Made by a program: the position numbers and the translations under genes. Positions 1-9,885 of a DNA stretch of 64,000 bases are shown one piece after another. Source of the stretch: an uncultured bacterium (GTDB lineage: Bacteria > CG03 > SLGR01 > JAGXOG01). The stretch's first letter is position 1. Every line of letters begins with the position of its first letter. Location: contig CAYZAK010000004.1 in NCBI GenBank assembly GCA_964476445.1, positions 491-64,490 of the forward strand, read 5' to 3'. A model generated the notes under the pieces. That model worked only from the letters and a program-made list of their open reading frames with translations. It searched no databases and was not told where the DNA came from.

Positions 1-112
1 CCTGAAAGGAAAAAGGACTGCGCAAGCAGTTCATTCTAAGGAATTTGTTAGGGCGGTTAAAGAATATTCAAAGTTTTCAATATCCTATTATCCTCCTATT
101 TCAAAAGATAAT

Positions 113-1084
113 ATGGAAAAAAACTTTTCAAATAAAACGAAAAAGATTTTTTTAATACCCGGTAAAATTAAAAAGTTTTTAATAAATAAAAGAGAATGGA
201 GAAAATTAAAAAAGGTTATAAAAAAAGAAAAACCTGATGTGATTATAGCCCGTCACAATTTCCTCTTTATTTCAGTTATTAAAAAACTGGTAAATATACC
301 GCTACCATTTATTCTTGAGGTTAACGGTTTGGTAGAATACAGCTTCAATTTCACCGGAAAAAAGAAACAAAAAAAACTTGTAAGTTTGGAAAATGAAATT
401 TTAGAAAAAAGTAATTTTATCTTTACTATTTCGGAAATTTTCAAGTCAGGAATTATCTCAAAGGGCTTCAATGAAAATAAAGTTGCTGTATTTCCCAATG
501 CTGTAGATGTTGAAAAATTTAATCCGTCAAACTGCGAAACGAAAGAAAACAAAAATGAGTTTATTATAGGTTACATTGGAAGTTCTATGCCTGGCAGAGA
601 TATAAAAACGCTTATTGAGGCATATAAGATTGTAAAAAAGAAGTTGCCGGATACCAGACTTGAGTTGATTGGAAATTTTAAAAGTAAATGTAATATTGAG
701 GGGGTTGTTTATAGAGGGACTATTGCTCATGATAATATTCCCAAAGAAATAAACCGAATGGATATAACTGTTGCCCCATATTTTAAAACCCATACCGATC
801 GCTGTTCACCCTTGAAGATACTTGAATATATGGCAATGGAAAAACCCGTAATTACAACTAAAGGAAAAATGGCGGAAAGTATTTTTTTGGATGAAACCGA
901 AAAACATATTTATATACCGGAAAACCCTAAATCTTTAGCTAATGTTATTATTAAAATTTATGAGAATGACGAGTTAAGAAAAGAAATGGGAGTTAAAGCA
1001 AGAGGAATAGTAATGAATAATTTTAACTACAAAAGATATATCACAAGATTGGATAAAATTTGTGAAGAAAATTTGATACGTTAA
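113..1084 (+). CDS. GT4-family (GT-B fold) glycosyltransferase
   Basis: C-terminal half carries the GT4 signature (EYMAMEKPVITTK, E-x7-E-like nucleotide-sugar binding region). ATG start at 113. First gene of the glycan locus. Confidence 0.65.
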   Translation: MEKNFSNKTKKIFLIPGKIKKFLINKREWRKLKKVIKKEKPDVIIARHNFLFISVIKKLVNIPLPFILEVNGLVEYSFNFTGKKKQKKLVSLENEILEKSNFIFTISEIFKSGIISKGFNENKVAVFPNAVDVEKFNPSNCETKENKNEFIIGYIGSSMPGRDIKTLIEAYKIVKKKLPDTRLELIGNFKSKCNIEGVVYRGTIAHDNIPKEINRMDITVAPYFKTHTDRCSPLKILEYMAMEKPVITTKGKMAESIFLDETEKHIYIPENPKSLANVIIKIYENDELRKEMGVKARGIVMNNFNYKRYITRLDKICEENLIR

Positions 1085-1100
1085 AGGATAAAAATAAAAA

Positions 1101-2063
1101 TTGAAAAATTTTAATTACGACAAATATCCTCTTCCACTGTATTTCTTTAAAATATCAAACTCTTTAAAACTGATAAGAAACTTCTTTTTTAACAGGCACC
1201 CTAACAGAAAAAAAACATCCAATCTCAGCTGCATTCCTTTTTTTATTATCGGCTCCGGCAGGTCCGGCAATACTCTTTTAAGAAGAATTCTGTGCCAGCA
1301 TGGGAAAATAGCCATTCCTCCCGAATCCTATGTTCTGGGCAGCGTAATTAAAAAATTTCAGTATATTAATTTTTTACCCTGGCAGGAGATAGTAAAAATA
1401 GTTCTCGGAGAATTCCAATCCCATGAGGAATTCTATACCTGGGAGATAAGCTTAGATAAAGTTTATAAAAAACTATTCAATATTGAAGATGACGAGCGTT
1501 GTCTGGCAAAAATTATAGATGAAATTTATCGCCATTATTCAAAAGTCAAATTCCCGGAGGCCGAACTATGGGGCGATAAGACTCCTATTAACACTCTGAA
1601 TCTTGGATGGATAAATAAGCTTTACAAAGACGCGAAGGTTATAAATATGGTAAGAGACGGCAGGGACGTTGTAAGCTCCTACCTTAAGATGGGGCGCTAT
1701 AAAACAGTTGAGGAAGCCTGCTTGAGATGGGATAAAAGTATAGAAATGGTAGATAAATTCGGTAATTATAAACCGGAAGAGGAATATATAGATATAAAAT
1801 ACGAGAATCTGGTCTCTTCTCCCCAGAAAGAAGTTAAAAAAATATGCGAATTCCTATCCATAGAATATGAAGTTGAAATGATAAAAAGCTGTCAAGAAGT
1901 TGAAAAGCTTGGGGATGTCACGGATAAGGACCACCACAGGAATGTTTTGGGAAAGATAAATACGGATTCAATTGGAAAATGGGAGAAAAATCTATCAGAG
2001 AAGCAAAAAGAAAAAACCAATAAACTGCTTGAAAATAATCTAAAAAAGTTAGGTTATATATAA
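1101..2063 (+). CDS. Sulfotransferase-family protein (PAPS-dependent)
   Basis: 5'-PSB-like P-loop IIGSGRSGNTLL near the N-terminus and 3'-PB motif RDGRDVVSS. The frame opens with TTG at 1101 and has no internal ATG before the P-loop, so the exact start is uncertain. Confidence 0.6.
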   Translation: MKNFNYDKYPLPLYFFKISNSLKLIRNFFFNRHPNRKKTSNLSCIPFFIIGSGRSGNTLLRRILCQHGKIAIPPESYVLGSVIKKFQYINFLPWQEIVKIVLGEFQSHEEFYTWEISLDKVYKKLFNIEDDERCLAKIIDEIYRHYSKVKFPEAELWGDKTPINTLNLGWINKLYKDAKVINMVRDGRDVVSSYLKMGRYKTVEEACLRWDKSIEMVDKFGNYKPEEEYIDIKYENLVSSPQKEVKKICEFLSIEYEVEMIKSCQEVEKLGDVTDKDHHRNVLGKINTDSIGKWEKNLSEKQKEKTNKLLENNLKKLGYI

Positions 2064-4219
2064 TGTCAATTTTGTTTATCACCCCGGATTTTCCTCCTAG
2101 GGGGGGAGGAATGTCAGAAAGGGCCCGCCAGCTTGTTGATATATGGCAAGATAAAGAAAAGGTAATAGTCCTTACCGATGTTAAAGGAAAAATTTCAGAT
2201 AAATATGAAAGAATTTATATCCCCCTGAAAGGCCATTACGTAAGAAAATCAATTAAACTTTCCAAAAAAATAAAAGAAATAGTAAAAGAAAGGTCTATTA
2301 CAAAAATTTTCTGTTTGAGCTGGTCTCCCCCGGCGATAGCTGTACTGCTGTCGGGTGCTTATAAAAAAAGAAAATGGGCCGTTACGGTAAACGGGTTTGA
2401 TATCATAGACGGGGTTAAAAATTTTAGAACCCGGTTTCTTTTAAAAAAAATATTTAAAAGGTGTAATAATATATTTTCCCCTTCACTTTACCTGAGGGAT
2501 AAAATATTAACTTTGGGAGATTTTTCAGATAAAATCAGCGCTATATCTAACGGGGTTCAGCTTGACAGGTTTAAAAATCCGGATAGAGCAGGCGTAAGAG
2601 AAAAATACAACCTCAAAGATAATACTGTTATTATGAGCCTCTGCCGGCTTCACCCCATAAAAGGAATAGATACACTTATTAAAAGCTTTACCGATCTTAA
2701 AAACGATTCGGATAAAATAAAATTATTAATTGCCGGTGACGGCCCCCAGAGAAAAGAACTTGAAAAGCTTGCTTCTGATGAGGGGGTTAGAGAAGAAGTA
2801 ATATTTACCGGCTGGATTAGGCAGGATGAGGTGGCGGATTATTATGCCGCCTGCGATATTTTTGCGCAGCCCAACAGGAAATACAAAGGTTTTGAAGAAG
2901 GCCAGGGCATTACTCTTATGGAAGCCTCGGCAGCCGGCAGGCCTGTAATATCAACAAGAACCGGGGGTATTGGGGAAGTTGTTGATGATAATGAAACAGG
3001 GTTTCTTGTTAAGCCGGAATCAGAGGAGGAACTGACCGGGCGAATAAAAAGACTTATTGAGAATCCCGGTTTAAGAGAAAAAATGGGGAAAAAGGGAAAA
3101 GAGAAGGCTTTAAAAGAGTTCGACGGTATAAAAAACGGTAAATTAATATACAGAGAATTATCTTCCCAAAGAGTTTTGTATATAGATGAACCCCTTGACC
3201 CACCCGGAGGAGGCCAGAAAAGCCTTAAGATTATAATAGACAATATTGATAAAGGGAAATTTACTCCTTTTCTTTTTGAAGCGGGAAAATATTCAAAGAA
3301 CAGGTATTTTTCCCTGTGGGAAAACCTGTCCGAATGTATAAACAAAACAGGGTGTAGTATAATTCACTGCAACGCCGGTACTTCAAAGGTCAGTTTTATC
3401 TCTGCCCTGCTGGCAAAATTAAAAGGAATTCATTTTATCTGGCACGCAAGGGTTTCGGAGTCATCAAAACTTAGAGAAAGAATAATAGGGAGATTGGCAG
3501 ATAAGATTATTATTATATCCGATTCGGTTGGGAAACGGTTTAAAAAGAAAAGTGTAAGAAAAAAAGTTGTTAAAATTTACAATGCCGTTGATACAGAAAA
3601 ATTTAAACCCGGAACTCCTTCAGAGGCATTATACAAGGAATTAAAAAGAGATAAAGATAAATTCAGTATAGGTATTTTTTCAAGGCTTGTGCCTATGAAG
3701 GGACACCGTCTCTTTCTTGATACAGCCTCAAAGTTAATAAAAGATGGATTTGCTTCATATTTTTTAATAGCCGGAGATGGTGAAGAAGAATATACGGCGG
3801 AACTGAAAAATTATGCAAAGTCTTTAAATCTGGAGGAAAGGGTGAGGTTTCTGGGTTACATAGATAATAGTGAAGAAATTATGAACGCCTGTGATATAAT
3901 TCTTCATACTTCGATAGAACCGGAAGCCTTCGGGAGGACTATTGTTGAAGCAATGGCCTGCGGCAAGCCTGTAGTTGCAACTGATTTGGGAGGCCCAGTT
4001 GAAATAATTGACTATGGTACAAACGGCTTTCTCTGTGAAGCTGATGCAGCGGCTATGGCTCAAAAAACAAAAAAAATTATAGATAATAAAGACTTGAGAA
4101 GAAATTTAAGTTTAAATGCCAGGGAAAAAGTTGTTAAAGAATTTTCAATACCAAATCATATCGAAAAAATTTGTAAATTATACGAAGAAGTTAAGAGTAA
4201 TAAAAAATATGGCCAATAA
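2063..4219 (+). CDS. Tandem fusion of two complete GT4 glycosyltransferase modules (718 aa)
   Basis: Two separate N-terminal GT-B halves (ITPDFPPRGGG... and IDEPLDPPGGGQKSL...). Two separate C-terminal GT4 motifs (EGQGITLMEASAAGRPVISTRTGGIGEVV and EAFGRTIVEAMACGKPVVATDLGGPVEII). TAATG overlap with the upstream gene. Confidence 0.75.
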   Translation: MSILFITPDFPPRGGGMSERARQLVDIWQDKEKVIVLTDVKGKISDKYERIYIPLKGHYVRKSIKLSKKIKEIVKERSITKIFCLSWSPPAIAVLLSGAYKKRKWAVTVNGFDIIDGVKNFRTRFLLKKIFKRCNNIFSPSLYLRDKILTLGDFSDKISAISNGVQLDRFKNPDRAGVREKYNLKDNTVIMSLCRLHPIKGIDTLIKSFTDLKNDSDKIKLLIAGDGPQRKELEKLASDEGVREEVIFTGWIRQDEVADYYAACDIFAQPNRKYKGFEEGQGITLMEASAAGRPVISTRTGGIGEVVDDNETGFLVKPESEEELTGRIKRLIENPGLREKMGKKGKEKALKEFDGIKNGKLIYRELSSQRVLYIDEPLDPPGGGQKSLKIIIDNIDKGKFTPFLFEAGKYSKNRYFSLWENLSECINKTGCSIIHCNAGTSKVSFISALLAKLKGIHFIWHARVSESSKLRERIIGRLADKIIIISDSVGKRFKKKSVRKKVVKIYNAVDTEKFKPGTPSEALYKELKRDKDKFSIGIFSRLVPMKGHRLFLDTASKLIKDGFASYFLIAGDGEEEYTAELKNYAKSLNLEERVRFLGYIDNSEEIMNACDIILHTSIEPEAFGRTIVEAMACGKPVVATDLGGPVEIIDYGTNGFLCEADAAAMAQKTKKIIDNKDLRRNLSLNAREKVVKEFSIPNHIEKICKLYEEVKSNKKYGQ

Positions 4220-5153
4220 TAAATCAAGAATTCTGATAATCAGAAACGACAGAATAGGGGACATGGTCCTTACCCTTTCTGCGATTACGGCCTTGCGGAA
4301 AGAATATCCGCAGAGCCGGCTTTATCTGCTCTGCTCCAAAAGTAACAGGGAAGTGGCTCAGCTTCTGCCTTTTGATATAGATTTGATTGAAGATAGGGGT
4401 TTTAAGGCAAATATAAAGAAACTTAAAAACCTTGAACTTGATATTGGAATCGATTTTGTAAATAACTGGCGGGGAACAAACGCTGTTCAGATGTTTCTGT
4501 CTAAGATTAAAAAAAGAGCGGGTTTCTACGGTCTATTGAACAGGGCTTTTCTTAATACCGGCTTAAAAGCTAAAAAAGATGTTTCTCTTTTAAAGCAAAG
4601 CTTTATGCTTCTGAAAAAATTAGGTATAAATAGAATTGAAAGATACAGGCAGGAGTTGAATATTCCGGATACGGATATCAAAGTTGATATTGTCGTTCAT
4701 CCGGGAGGATATTACCCTTCCCAGAAGTGGCCGGTAGAATATTATATAAATCTTATGGAAAAAATTAAAAATAAAACCAACAAAAGTTTTTGCGTAATAG
4801 GTGTCACCGGAGAAAAAGATATTATAGGTAAAATAAGAGAAAAATTTTCCAATCAAATATATCTTATAGATGAACCGATAAAAAAAATAGCTGCTGTAAT
4901 GAAAAAGGCAGAGCTGTTCATAGGAAATAATTCCGGCCCGCTTCACCTGGCTTCTATGATAGGAATAAAAACGGTATCATTTATTGGCCCAACAAATCCG
5001 GATGTATTTTATCCCCAGGGGGAAAACGACTATGTTTTTAGAGAGGAGTTAGATTGTATAGGATGCGGTCGTGGGGAATGCGGACATCATTCATGTATGA
5101 AAGAGATTACTCCGGATAAGGTGTGGGAAAAAATTCGAAAATTAATATTATGA
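4209..5153 (+). CDS. GT9-family glycosyltransferase (ADP-heptose:LPS heptosyltransferase-like)
   Basis: N-terminal RILIIRNDRIGDMVLTLSAITALRKEYPQSRLYLLC is the classic RfaF/WaaC/WaaQ start. The C-terminal GNNSGPLHLASMIG donor-binding motif is present. The track ORF opens at 4116 inside the previous gene. The in-frame ATG at 4209 (MANNKSRILII) is the likely true start. Confidence 0.7.
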   Translation: MANNKSRILIIRNDRIGDMVLTLSAITALRKEYPQSRLYLLCSKSNREVAQLLPFDIDLIEDRGFKANIKKLKNLELDIGIDFVNNWRGTNAVQMFLSKIKKRAGFYGLLNRAFLNTGLKAKKDVSLLKQSFMLLKKLGINRIERYRQELNIPDTDIKVDIVVHPGGYYPSQKWPVEYYINLMEKIKNKTNKSFCVIGVTGEKDIIGKIREKFSNQIYLIDEPIKKIAAVMKKAELFIGNNSGPLHLASMIGIKTVSFIGPTNPDVFYPQGENDYVFREELDCIGCGRGECGHHSCMKEITPDKVWEKIRKLIL

Positions 5154-6286
5154 AGACCCTGTTAATATCAAGCGATTATCCGCCTATGGTAAGCGGGATA
5201 GCAAATGCCTGTTATAATTTCTGGAAATATTTACCTTCCGAAAAAGTTGTTGTACTGGCTCCGAAAGTAGAGGGGTATGAAAAATATGATAAAGAAGCGG
5301 AGTTAAAAACTTACCGTTATTCGCCGGCGTTCACCGGCACATCTATAATTTCCAGGGTTTGCCGTTTTATGATGCTGTTAAAGAAAATTTTGAAAATAGT
5401 AAATAAAGAAGATATTAAATTACTTCATGCAGGGCAGCCGGTTTTAGTTGGATTTGTTGCCAGATTATTTGCAGGGTTATTTGATATTCCCTATGTAATT
5501 TATGTCTATGGCGGCGAAGTAAAAAAATTCGAGGGAAGCATATTTTTTAAGTTATTTGTAAAAAACATGAAAGAATCCCGGGCTGTTATAGTAAACAGTA
5601 ATTACACCGCTTCGGAGATAAGGCATTTAATTCCCGAAAAAGAAATAAAAACGGTTTATCCGGGAGTGGATACAAAAAAATTTGTGCCCCAAATTAATAC
5701 GGAGGAGTTGGAAGAAAAGTATAATGTAAAGAAAAAAACCGTTTTACTGACAGTTGCCCGATTGGTAAAAAGGAAAGGACAGCATCTTGTTTTAGAGGCC
5801 ATAGACAGGCTCAAGAAAGAATATCCGGATTTAGTATATCTTATTGTAGGAGAGGGTCCGCGACGGGAAACCCTGGAAGAATTGGCGGAGGCATACGGAT
5901 TAAAAGATAGAGTAATTTTTGCGGGGGAGGTAGATGAAGAGGAACTTCCAGTTCTCTATAATGTATGTGATATATTTATTATGTTAAGTACTCTTACCGA
6001 TAATGAGGAGGTAGTGGAAGGTTTCGGTATATCCTTTATGGAGGCTAACAGCTGCGGGAAGCCGGTAATAGGAGGAAAAACCGGTGGGGTTGTTGAGGCC
6101 GTCAAGGATGGCGAAACCGGTTTTCTGGTAGTTCCAGAAGATATAAATCAGGTGGTTGCCAAAACCAGAAGGTTTTTGGAAAATAAGAGCCTGCGAAAGA
6201 AATTTGGAAAAAAAGGTCGTCAAAGGGCGCAGAAAGAGTTTGACTGGAGAAAACTCAGCCGACAGTTTCTTGATTATATTGTCTGA
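5150..6286 (+). CDS. GT4-family glycosyltransferase
   Basis: EGFGISFMEANSCGKPVIGGKTGGVVE motif. ATG at 5150 overlaps the upstream stop (ATGA). An alternative in-frame ATG exists at 5123. Confidence 0.75.
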   Translation: MKTLLISSDYPPMVSGIANACYNFWKYLPSEKVVVLAPKVEGYEKYDKEAELKTYRYSPAFTGTSIISRVCRFMMLLKKILKIVNKEDIKLLHAGQPVLVGFVARLFAGLFDIPYVIYVYGGEVKKFEGSIFFKLFVKNMKESRAVIVNSNYTASEIRHLIPEKEIKTVYPGVDTKKFVPQINTEELEEKYNVKKKTVLLTVARLVKRKGQHLVLEAIDRLKKEYPDLVYLIVGEGPRRETLEELAEAYGLKDRVIFAGEVDEEELPVLYNVCDIFIMLSTLTDNEEVVEGFGISFMEANSCGKPVIGGKTGGVVEAVKDGETGFLVVPEDINQVVAKTRRFLENKSLRKKFGKKGRQRAQKEFDWRKLSRQFLDYIV

Positions 6287-6303
6287 ATGCGAGGAGGAGA
6301 ACA

Positions 6304-7134
6304 GTGATTAGCCTAAACGAGGTAAGAGAAATTAATGCGGAAAAAAAAGACCCTCATATTCATTCCAGATTTATATACAGGCCCGTATCCATAATCATCT
6401 CCTGGATATTCTTAAACCTTAAAATAAGTGCGAATGCGGTAAGCGTTATGGTTATTATTTTATTGATATCCGGATCATTCTTAATTTTAAAAGAAGGTGT
6501 GAAATTTCATATTATGGCCGCTATATTGCTTATAATAGGCGTAATATTTGACTATGTTGACGGTAATATTGCCCGGTTTAACCGTAAAAAGAATAATAAA
6601 ACGGGTTCCGGTTTTGGGGGAATGTATTTGGATCGTCTGGGGCATTTTATAAGTTCTCCCGTGCTTTTTTTCTGTTTGGGACTTAGTGTATATTTTGAAT
6701 TTGGTTATTCGATGTTCCTTTATTTAAGTCCCGTTATTGCTCTCTCCATGACTTCTTTTCCCTCCATGCAGAAAGATTCGGTTTTTATGAGATATCTTAG
6801 GCCTCAAGTAAAAAGCGGAGGTGATTATAAGAAAAGTATTGTTGCCAACAAGCCCCTTGCAGCCGCACTTAATGAGAATATCAGGAAAGAAAAAAAATGG
6901 AGTAAAAAAATAGTTCAGGTAATATGGAAGTTTTTTTCGGAGATTATAATGCCGGGCTCATTAATAGGGATGGTGGCAGTTGCGGTTATTATGGATTTAA
7001 TTTTATCTCCGTTCAATATTTTCGGATATAGTGTAAATTTTAAATTGATAGTTTTTATGCTGTACGGTCTGCCGCTGTTTTTAAGACTGCCGTTTAGTAT
7101 CAGCAGGCATTATAAGAATCTTGAGAAACTTTAA
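6304..7134 (+). CDS. Polytopic membrane protein, CDP-alcohol phosphatidyltransferase-like
   Basis: DYVDGNIAR-x8-TGSGFGGMYLDRLGH approximates the D-G-x2-A-R...G-x3-D-x3-D motif of the CDP-OH_P_transf family. Several hydrophobic helices. GTG start preceded by GAGGAGG RBS. Confidence 0.45.
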   Translation: MISLNEVREINAEKKDPHIHSRFIYRPVSIIISWIFLNLKISANAVSVMVIILLISGSFLILKEGVKFHIMAAILLIIGVIFDYVDGNIARFNRKKNNKTGSGFGGMYLDRLGHFISSPVLFFCLGLSVYFEFGYSMFLYLSPVIALSMTSFPSMQKDSVFMRYLRPQVKSGGDYKKSIVANKPLAAALNENIRKEKKWSKKIVQVIWKFFSEIIMPGSLIGMVAVAVIMDLILSPFNIFGYSVNFKLIVFMLYGLPLFLRLPFSISRHYKNLEKL

Positions 7135-7142
7135 TAATTAAA

Positions 7143-7796
7143 TTGATACACAAACTCTATTCACGTTTCATAAAATTCTTCAGGCCTTCCGGGGAGAAGG
7201 ACAATCCTTCCTCCGGGCCTCTTTCGGGTAGGATCAGAAGATTGGCCCTGGGAGCTCTGGAAGATATTGAAGGGAAATTTTTGGATGTGGGGTGCGGTGA
7301 AGGATTGTTACTGGAAGATGTACTTGAACAAAATTCTGATCTTAAAATTTTCGGTATAGATATGGATACCGAACAGATAAAAAGATGCCGTTCAAAGATC
7401 GGGGTCCCTGCGGATGAGGTGAATTTGCTTACCGGAGATGCCGGTGAACTTCCTTTTAAAGATAATTTTTTTGACCTGGTTACGGCTATAAATATTTTTT
7501 ACAATCTTTCTGAAGATAAGATGACAAATATTATTAAAGAGATCAACAGGGTGTTAAAACCGGGGGGAATACTGGTGGCAGATTTTAGAAATAAAAATAA
7601 CTTTTTTCTAAGATTAAGATATCTGCTGGCCCCGGTATACGATAAAAGTTTCAGAAAGCAAGGAAAACTTTTAAAAGCGTATTCAAAAAAAGAAATGGAA
7701 AGTATTGTTAAAAAAACAGGTTTCCGGTTACGGGATATATATAAAACAGGTCGGATTATCACTTCTGCCCGGGTTACGGTTTTAGTAAAGAAGTAA
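7143..7796 (+). CDS. Class I SAM-dependent methyltransferase
   Basis: Motif I LDVGCGEGLL and post-I acidic D (FGIDMD). Motif II/III LKPGGILV. TTG start. No ATG upstream of motif I. Confidence 0.7.
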   Translation: MIHKLYSRFIKFFRPSGEKDNPSSGPLSGRIRRLALGALEDIEGKFLDVGCGEGLLLEDVLEQNSDLKIFGIDMDTEQIKRCRSKIGVPADEVNLLTGDAGELPFKDNFFDLVTAINIFYNLSEDKMTNIIKEINRVLKPGGILVADFRNKNNFFLRLRYLLAPVYDKSFRKQGKLLKAYSKKEMESIVKKTGFRLRDIYKTGRIITSARVTVLVKK

Positions 7797-7908
7797 ATTA
7801 AATTGGGCGGGGTAATTTGAACCCGTAAGTAAATCTGTTTATAATTAAAAATCAATATAAAACGGTAAAAAGGAAATTGGAAAAGAAAATTAAGCTTAAA
7901 AAAACTAA

Positions 7909-8709
7909 ATGTATTCAGAATACTGGGGACTAAAAGAAAAACCTTTTAAAAATACCCCCGATCCAAAATTTTTATATAGATCTGCACAGCATGAAGAGGC
8001 CCTGGCCCGGATGTCATATGTGGTTCAGGAAGGTATGGGCTGTATGGTAATGAGCGGGGTTTTCGGTTGCGGGAAAACTTTACTGCTTAACACTCTTACA
8101 GGGAAGTTAGCCGGGAGTAAATTTCATGTAGCCAGAATAAATAATCCCCAGCTGGATCCCTCCGGTCTGCTTCATTCTTTTATTTACCAGATGGGAATAA
8201 AAGATAAAATACCTTCTAAAAAAGCGCCGATGCTGAATCTTTTGGATAAGGCAATTGAAAATATATACAATGACGGCAAACATATTATTCTGATTGTGGA
8301 CGAAGCCCATGTTATAGGGGAAGTAGATGTTTTTGAGGAGTTAAGGATGCTACTTAACTGGCAGAAAAACGACCGGTATCTTTTGACTCTTATTCTTTCC
8401 GGTCAGCCGGAGCTGCTCAAGTCAATTTCCAATATAAAACAGCTGGCCCAGAGAGTGGGATTAAGAACGGAATTAGACCGGTTTGAGCTGGATGATACAG
8501 TTAAATATATAAATCACCGGCTGGATATTGTTGGAGCCGGTGATCCTATTTTTTCGGATAAGGCTCACCGGGAGATATATGATAACTCGGGGGGAATACC
8601 CAGGCGGATAAATACAATATGCGATTTGAGTCTGCTTACCGGATATATACGTAAAAAAAACTTTATCGGGGAGGATTTGATAAAAGAGACCATCGGGGAC
8701 TTGATTTGA
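7909..8709 (+). CDS. ExeA/GspA-like AAA ATPase (AAA_22-type), of the kind found in EPS/PEP-CTERM-type loci
   Basis: N-terminus MYSEYWGLKEKPF..PDPKFLY resembles the ExeA start. Walker A GVFGCGKTLL. Walker B ILIVDEAH. Confidence 0.6.
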   Translation: MYSEYWGLKEKPFKNTPDPKFLYRSAQHEEALARMSYVVQEGMGCMVMSGVFGCGKTLLLNTLTGKLAGSKFHVARINNPQLDPSGLLHSFIYQMGIKDKIPSKKAPMLNLLDKAIENIYNDGKHIILIVDEAHVIGEVDVFEELRMLLNWQKNDRYLLTLILSGQPELLKSISNIKQLAQRVGLRTELDRFELDDTVKYINHRLDIVGAGDPIFSDKAHREIYDNSGGIPRRINTICDLSLLTGYIRKKNFIGEDLIKETIGDLI

Positions 8710-8739
8710 GGCGATCTGTAAAAAAGAGCTGGTAATTAT

Positions 8740-9885
8740 ATGAAAACTCTTGTTCCCATATCCGGTACTCAATATTCTCCTCTGGAAATATTTTCTAAAC
8801 CGGATCTCGTTGAAATTTTAAAAGAAATACTGGGTAGAAAAAATTGTCTGCTTTACGGTTCCGGCGCTCAGGCACTTTATGTGGCTTTTAAAATTCTGAG
8901 TAAAATAACTAAAAAGGAAGAAGTTATAATACCCGCCTATACGGCAGATGCTGTATATGTAGCCGCTAAGGAGGCCGGATTCAGGGTTAAACTATGCGAT
9001 ATATCCCTGGATAGTTTTAATATGGATCTTGAGTACTTGAAGATGATTGTGAACGAAAAAACAGCTGCAGTTGTGGCTGTTCATCTTTTCGGTATTCCGG
9101 AAAATATGGACCGCGTATTTACAATAATAAAGGATTATTCGGGGCTGGTTATAGAGGATGCAGCTCAGGCTCTGGGAAGTTCGTATTCCGGGCGGTTGGC
9201 TGGGAGTGCAGGAGATATGGCAATTTTTTCTTTTAATAAGGGAAAAAATCTTCCCGCTTTAAACGGTGGAGCTTTACTGTTTGATAAAAAAGCGATGGCG
9301 GTGGAATCGCAAAAATTTCTCAAAAACAACAGTACCGGTTTTATAAAAGAGATTAAATCAGTATTAAAAGCCGGCGGTGTTTCTTTTTTTAGTCGTCCGG
9401 AGCTCTATGGTTCTTTGTACAACCGGTTATCTAAATTCCGAAAAGTTTCCGCAAAAAGGAGCATTGAACCCGGACCTATGCCCGTATCAAATAAAAGGCT
9501 GGCCAGTTCTTTACTTAAAAGAAGGGAAGAAATTTTTAAATCGAGAAGGGAAACGGGTATTAAACTGCTGGAAGGTTTAAAAGGAGTAAAAGATTTAAGA
9601 GTTCCCCGGATAAGCCCGAACAGCAATACCGTATTTAACAGAGTTCCGGTAATAATAAAAAACTTAAAAAAGAAAAGAGAAATAAAAAAATTACTAATGG
9701 AAAGCGGAATAGAAGCTAACTACTATTATAACAATCCTTTCTATTTTAACCGGGAGAAAATACCTGAAAAGGCGATTTATTTTAGTAAGCATTTGTTAAC
9801 TATTCCTTCCAATGAATTTATGAGTGAAGAAAACATAAAAGAAGTTATTGATATTTTTAGAAAGGTTTTAGATGTTTCCGGTTAA
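8740..9885 (+). CDS. DegT/DnrJ/EryC1/StrS-family PLP-dependent sugar aminotransferase
   Basis: DAAQALGS and FSFNKGKNL (PLP-lysine context) motifs. About 380 aa, typical of the family. Confidence 0.75.
   Translation: MKTLVPISGTQYSPLEIFSKPDLVEILKEILGRKNCLLYGSGAQALYVAFKILSKITKKEEVIIPAYTADAVYVAAKEAGFRVKLCDISLDSFNMDLEYLKMIVNEKTAAVVAVHLFGIPENMDRVFTIIKDYSGLVIEDAAQALGSSYSGRLAGSAGDMAIFSFNKGKNLPALNGGALLFDKKAMAVESQKFLKNNSTGFIKEIKSVLKAGGVSFFSRPELYGSLYNRLSKFRKVSAKRSIEPGPMPVSNKRLASSLLKRREEIFKSRRETGIKLLEGLKGVKDLRVPRISPNSNTVFNRVPVIIKNLKKKREIKKLLMESGIEANYYYNNPFYFNREKIPEKAIYFSKHLLTIPSNEFMSEENIKEVIDIFRKVLDVSG

Noticed and set aside
2842-3345. 167-aa minus-strand ORF within the tandem GT4 gene
   Set aside because: It overlaps strongly supported GT4 motifs on the + strand. 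The translation is proline/serine-rich junk without motifs.
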